A stretch of DNA of 64,000 nucleotides from Candidatus Adlerbacteria bacterium GW2011_GWA1_54_10 (GTDB lineage Bacteria; Patescibacteriota; Minisyncoccia; Phycocordibacterales; SBAW01). The notes beneath the pieces are model-generated. The model saw nothing but the letters and a program-made list of their open reading frames with translations, did not search any database and was not told where the DNA came from. Position 1 is the stretch's first letter. The number at the start of each line of letters is the position of its first letter. Below, one piece after another: positions 59,671 to 64,000 of the stretch. The stretch lies in contig LCRO01000003.1 of the NCBI GenBank assembly GCA_001004665.1, positions 63,984 through 127,983 on the forward strand, given 5' to 3'. The position numbers and the translations under genes were made by a program.

Positions 59671-59742
59671 CGCCCTCGGGAGGATTCGAACCTCCAAGAT
59701 CGGGATAGAAGCCCGACAGTTTGTCCATTAGCTTACGAGGGC
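59671..59742 (-). tRNA. tRNA-Arg(TCT)
   Basis: TCGGG-CT-TCT-AT-CCCGA anticodon arm. Confidence 0.9.
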
Positions 59743-59765
59743 AATTGCGCACTACGATACCATAT

Positions 59766-60089
59766 TTATTTCACTCTTGCGCCGGGCGAGGCGCCCGGCG
59801 CTTCGAGCAAGGCAAAAGGCTCCTCTCCCCCGCCGACAGCCAAAATCATCCCTTGGCTCTCGAGGGAGCGTATGACCCGCGGTTCAAGATTGTAGGCGAA
59901 CGCGACTTTTTTTCCGACCAATACCCCCGGTTCCGGAAAGTATTCCGAGATGCCGGAGATTATCTGCCGCCGCTCGACTCCAAAATTGACCTCAAGCCGT
60001 AAAAGCTTGTCGGTGTCGGGAACCTTCTCGGCGGAAAGTATCTCGCCTATGCGTATCTCCAATTTTTTAAATTCGTCTATCGTAATCAT
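59766..60089 (-). CDS. Stand-alone tRNA-binding OB-fold protein (MetRS C-terminal/Trbp111/CsaA-like)
   Basis: ITIDEFKKLEIRIG, DKLL, NLEPR and ESQGMILA motifs. Confidence 0.9.
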   Translation of the reverse strand: MITIDEFKKLEIRIGEILSAEKVPDTDKLLRLEVNFGVERRQIISGISEYFPEPGVLVGKKVAFAYNLEPRVIRSLESQGMILAVGGGEEPFALLEAPGASPGARVK

Positions 60090-60100
60090 TTACCTACAAC

Positions 60101-60517
60101 CTACTCCCCATTCCCTTGCCTATCAAGATAACCTTGTAAAATTAAAGCGGCGGCGGCGGCATCAAGTTTTTCTTGCGAGGGGCTCTCTTTGCGCGATCCG
60201 TCGGGCGCGTACTGACGCGCGGCTTGAGCGCTGGTAAAAAACTCCCGCTCATATTCGATTGGCAAATGCGAGAGCTCCTCCAAATCTTTTTTAAACCGCT
60301 CGATGTCCTCCATCACCGCATTCGGCTCGTTCTTGAAGTTGCGCGACTCGCCAATTATTATTTTTTCTGCGCCGTTTTTCTTAACAAGCTCCGCAATTTC
60401 CGAGAGCGCCGAGCGTCCGGACTCGACAGCCGCAAGCGGAAAAGCCACGCGGCCACCCTCGTCGGAAACCGCAATCCCTATCCTCTTCGTGCCGTAATCA
60501 ATGCCTAGATATTTCAT
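60101..60517 (-). CDS. ruvX: RuvX/YqgF pre-16S rRNA nuclease
   Basis: LGIDYGTKRIGIAVSD and DAAAAALILQ motifs. Confidence 0.93.
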   Translation of the reverse strand: MKYLGIDYGTKRIGIAVSDEGGRVAFPLAAVESGRSALSEIAELVKKNGAEKIIIGESRNFKNEPNAVMEDIERFKKDLEELSHLPIEYEREFFTSAQAARQYAPDGSRKESPSQEKLDAAAAALILQGYLDRQGNGE

Positions 60518-60525
60518 GGTAAGGC

Positions 60526-60745
60526 TGGCCACTCGGGATTCAAACTCTGTGAGCCGATCCCTATAAGGGTATTCTAGCGCGTCCGAGAGCGCTTTGCCGA
60601 AGCCTTCGGGTCTGGGCTACTTTTTCCGAAATCCGACAAATCCGACACACACACATCGCTACGCCGGATGGTTTTTACTTTGATGCGTGTACCGACATTG
60701 CTGAGAGGGGGCGATTGACCCCTCTGACTCACGAATTCGTGGAGA
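60526..60745 (-). ncRNA. Candidate structured non-coding RNA, family unassigned
   Basis: Closing helix GTGAGTC/GGCTCAC and several internal hairpins. G-U pairs are consistent only on the minus strand. Confidence 0.5.
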
Positions 60746-60784
60746 AGGAACTGCAAGAAAAATACCTTTCTTTGTTAAAGGATT

Positions 60785-62086
60785 TTATACGGCAGTAACG
60801 GATGGTTTAATTTCCGTACCGTTCGCGGCGGTCTTTCTATCTCTCCTAAGATTTTGGTACAAGGATAAGAGCTGGCTAGAAATATGGGAGCTCTTAAATT
60901 GACTCGCGCTCGCCTTAGCTGCCTCTGCCATGACAAGGCGTTTCTGATCATCCGCCAGAAGCTCTCGCGCTCGGGCGCAGGCCTCTTCCATAGTCGAAAC
61001 GATATAGCCGTTTTCTCCGTTCTTAATAACTTCCGGCACGACGCCGACCGAGTATGCAATTGGCACCAATCCCTGCGACATACCCTCCACTAGACTAAGA
61101 GAAAACCCTTCGTAGCGGGAAGAAACAAAGAGTAGACTGCCGTAGAGTGGTGCTAAGGCTCCCGGGATAAGGTCTTTGCGTAGGTTGGTATACATGTAGT
61201 GCTTGGGGAACGCTATGTGCAGCCACTCTTTGAGCTTGCGGTTGGTAGTCATGCAGACCGTAGTCTTTGGCGTATTTGGAAAAGCGCGGTAGAAGTTTAC
61301 GAGACGCGAGAACCCTTTGAGTTTGAGGGTAAATACATCGCCTCCGAGCCTGCCAAGAAAGACCAAGTGAGGCGGCTGAGTTACCGTAGGGCGTTGCGGC
61401 TCAAACCAGTAGTCCTCAATGGCATTGTGTATGACCGTTATGCGCTCCTCTGGTATCTGCATTTCCATAAGCTCGTTTTTTACCTTTTTCGAGGTAACGA
61501 TACATGCAGCTGCGCGAGTGGCCGCGACCGCTTCGATATCGGCGACATCTTCCATGGGACGGAAAGTCTTAAGGTCGAGTTCAGGGATGATATCTAGCTT
61601 TGCCAATTCCTTGAACACACCTTGCTCTTCCTTGGGAAGACGGCGTGTTGCCGGTACGGCGTCAAGGTAGCCGCGAATGGTAGAACCAAAATGGCACACC
61701 ACCGGCACATTGAATGAAAGGAACGGGAGCGGTGTGTAGGTGGTGCCTTGGATGATATGATTTTTAAGAATTTCCTCCTTGTGTTCGAGGAGCGAATGAA
61801 AAAAGAGTATGTTGGCGATACCTTTTAGGTGGACCGGGGTATCAGTCAACTGGTGACGAGGGAAGAAGTTACGTACCCGCGCACCGCGCTCGGCAAGGGC
61901 GTTGCTCATAAGCTCGTTGATGTGGTGCGCTCCAGTCGCGATTTTCTTATCGTTATGAATGAAGGCGACTTTCAAGCCGTTCCCTTTGGGAATAGGGGCA
62001 GTCCGCTTAGGCCCGTTCCAATACCGCAAAAAAGAACGGGTAGCCGTATACGCCTTGCGGGTAAAATACTGGGTTGTGTTTTCCAT
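60785..62086 (-). CDS. GT4 glycosyltransferase
   Basis: VIHNAI, FLGRLG and SRYEGFSLSLVEGM motifs. Confidence 0.88.
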   Translation of the reverse strand: MENTTQYFTRKAYTATRSFLRYWNGPKRTAPIPKGNGLKVAFIHNDKKIATGAHHINELMSNALAERGARVRNFFPRHQLTDTPVHLKGIANILFFHSLLEHKEEILKNHIIQGTTYTPLPFLSFNVPVVCHFGSTIRGYLDAVPATRRLPKEEQGVFKELAKLDIIPELDLKTFRPMEDVADIEAVAATRAAACIVTSKKVKNELMEMQIPEERITVIHNAIEDYWFEPQRPTVTQPPHLVFLGRLGGDVFTLKLKGFSRLVNFYRAFPNTPKTTVCMTTNRKLKEWLHIAFPKHYMYTNLRKDLIPGALAPLYGSLLFVSSRYEGFSLSLVEGMSQGLVPIAYSVGVVPEVIKNGENGYIVSTMEEACARARELLADDQKRLVMAEAAKASASQFKSSHISSQLLSLYQNLRRDRKTAANGTEIKPSVTAV

Positions 62087-62091
62087 AGAGA

Positions 62092-64000
62092 TTACGAAGC
62101 ATATGCTTCGACCGGTCGCTCAGCCGTACGGCTGAGCTTTTTACGATACAGGTATTTCCGCGCCTCTTCCACCACCACTATTGACGCCGCGACCGAAATA
62201 ATCATCAGCCATTCAGAGAGGGAGAGCGGCACGGTGCGCAGGATTCCTTGCAGGAAGGGCGTATACACTGCGAGTATCTGAAGAAATATCACGAGCGTCG
62301 TAGCACCGAGCAGGAATTTGTTGGAGAAGAAATCCATCTGAAATATTGATTTGCTGTCGGAGCGGCAGTTCCATGCGTTGAACCATTGGAATACCGCGAG
62401 CGTCGTGAGCGAAACAGTCCATGCTTTCGCCAAGTCAGCTTCAAAGTATCCTTGGAAGAGAAATAGGGTGCCCAACGCCATCGGGAGCGCCATAAGCACC
62501 ATGCGCCGCGCCATGAGCCCGTCAACAATATATTTATTGGGCTTCTTGAACGCGCTGGAGAGAAGTCCCTCCTCTTTCGGTTCCATAGCGAGCGCAACGT
62601 CAAGAAACCCGTCGGTAACAAAGTTGAGCCAAATAATCTGTGCTGCGAGGACGGGCAGGGGGTATCCGAGCAACAATGCGCCGGTTATCACGAATACTTC
62701 TCCGAGACTTGTGGAGAACAGATATAAAATAACTTTCTTTATGGTCTTGTAAATACTCCGGCCCTCCTCCACTGCATAAACAATGCTACCGAAGTTGTCA
62801 TCAAGAAGGATGATGTCGGCCGCCTCTTTAGCAACCTCCGTACCTATTTTGCCCATAGCAACGCCGAGGTCGGCAGCCACCAGCGGCGGTGCGTCGTTGA
62901 CCCCGTCGCCGGTCATGGCGATTATTTCGCCACGTTTCTTGTAGGCGTTGACGATACGGAGCTTGTGCTCCGGCGTTACCCGCGCAAAGACCGATACTCC
63001 CTCGAGTTTTGCCGCAAGCTCCGCGTCGGACATCTCGTCAATTTCTGTCCCCGTGTACACCTTGTCGCCCTCCTTCCAGATACCCGCGTCTTTGGCTGTC
63101 GCGCGAGCGGTCAGCTTATGATCGCCGGTAATCATGACGACCTTTATTCCTGCCGCGGTAGCCCGCTCCATGGCTTCGGCCACCTCGGGCCGCAGGGCAT
63201 CCTGCATGCCAAAAAAACTTACGAACGTAAGGCCGCGCACCGCATCCGGAGTAAGTGCGGACGGCACTTGTTCGCGCACCGCTCCGGCCACTACGCGCAA
63301 TCCGCGCCCGGACATCTGCGTAAGGACTGCCTCGAGCTCCTCCTTGTCCTGCTTTCGCATTGGCTTGTTCTCGCCGTCGCGGCGGATTTGCGTACAGAGC
63401 GCGAGTACGGCTTCGGGAGCGCCTTCGACCGTGAGAAAATTCTTACTTTCTACTTTGTAGACCGTGGCATGATATTTGAGCTTGTAGTCAAACGGTAACT
63501 CCGCCACAAACGGCGACTCGCGCAAGAGGTCGTCTTTCATAAAACCTACTTTCTCACCAAACACGCGTATAGCGGCTTCGGTAGGGTCGCCCGACACGCG
63601 CCAGCGGCCCTCGGCCTCCGAGTAGGTTACTCGTGCATTGGCGCAGAACGCCGCCATTTTGCCCGTAAAGAGAAGTTCAGGATGGTTGGGGGCATCGACC
63701 ACCTTACCGTTAAGTTCAACAGATCCTTTCGGTTCGTACCCCACGCCGCCGATTTTAAATGTCTTGCTGTCGGTATATACCTCGCGGATCACCAACTCAT
63801 TTTTAGTAATGGTGCCGGTCTTGTCTACCGCGATGACTCGGGCCTGCCCCAAGGCTTCCACCGCCTGCAGCTTCTTTATAAGCGCGTTGCGCTTGGACAT
63901 GCGCCACACGCCGGTCGCCAAGACCAGCGTGATGACGATGGGCAGACCCTCGGGGATGATAGACACCGCGAGCGATACAACGGTCGTAAAAATAGTGACT
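62092..64000 (-). CDS. P-type cation-transporting ATPase (type IIA, Ca2+-like), 5' end outside window
   Basis: IPEGLP, DKTGT, TGD, GDGVND and QIIWLNFVTDG motifs. Confidence 0.95.
   Translation of the reverse strand, partial: VTIFTTVVSLAVSIIPEGLPIVITLVLATGVWRMSKRNALIKKLQAVEALGQARVIAVDKTGTITKNELVIREVYTDSKTFKIGGVGYEPKGSVELNGKVVDAPNHPELLFTGKMAAFCANARVTYSEAEGRWRVSGDPTEAAIRVFGEKVGFMKDDLLRESPFVAELPFDYKLKYHATVYKVESKNFLTVEGAPEAVLALCTQIRRDGENKPMRKQDKEELEAVLTQMSGRGLRVVAGAVREQVPSALTPDAVRGLTFVSFFGMQDALRPEVAEAMERATAAGIKVVMITGDHKLTARATAKDAGIWKEGDKVYTGTEIDEMSDAELAAKLEGVSVFARVTPEHKLRIVNAYKKRGEIIAMTGDGVNDAPPLVAADLGVAMGKIGTEVAKEAADIILLDDNFGSIVYAVEEGRSIYKTIKKVILYLFSTSLGEVFVITGALLLGYPLPVLAAQIIWLNFVTDGFLDVALAMEPKEEGLLSSAFKKPNKYIVDGLMARRMVLMALPMALGTLFLFQGYFEADLAKAWTVSLTTLAVFQWFNAWNCRSDSKSIFQMDFFSNKFLLGATTLVIFLQILAVYTPFLQGILRTVPLSLSEWLMIISVAASIVVVEEARKYLYRKKLSRTAERPVEAYAS

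Noticed and set aside
59766-60089. Split MetRS as a novelty
   Set aside because: Short MetRS plus a free-standing tRNA-binding domain is a common arrangement.
60526-60560. tRNA, tmRNA or RNase P at the CCA-ending segment
   Set aside because: No proper T-stem or cloverleaf, no tmRNA ends and no GAGGAAAGTCC. Kept only as an unassigned RNA candidate.

Overview
Chromosomal window from a Patescibacteria (CPR) genome, most likely Parcubacteria/OD1. This assignment is inferred from the gene set: intron-bearing unlinked rRNA genes, alpha2-type GlyRS, rplK without rplA, and large peptidoglycan-binding surface proteins. The standard code 11 is used. Most genes are on the minus strand. The window holds a 16S gene interrupted by a LAGLIDADG-encoding group II intron, a separately promoted 23S-5S unit with two group I introns, and four tRNAs. 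Housekeeping genes include secDF, folD, rodA, rplJL, ftsK, recA, efp, rpsF-ssb-rpsR, metG, glyQS, recO, ileS, argS, glyA, thyA, folA, secE-nusG-rplK, rplS and ruvX. There is also a surface/secreted-protein island with a RAYT transposase and a thymidylate cluster with extra nucleotide enzymes. The most interesting signals are: (1) a dense TGTCYTT repeat array inside and upstream of a winged-helix gene divergent from ftsK; (2) a RAYT gene bounded by composite DnaA-box+REP inverted repeats; (3) palindromic repeat families inserted in frame into essential translation genes; (4) a group II intron whose EBS loop appears to pair across both exons; (5) an unassigned ~230-nt structured RNA upstream of ruvX; (6) pervasive leaderless promoter architecture. 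About nine short internal deletions hit rRNAs and genes, including the 23S peptidyl-transferase centre. These are most likely assembly artefacts, so the pseudogene calls are provisional. All coordinates and motifs were read by eye and no searches were run.
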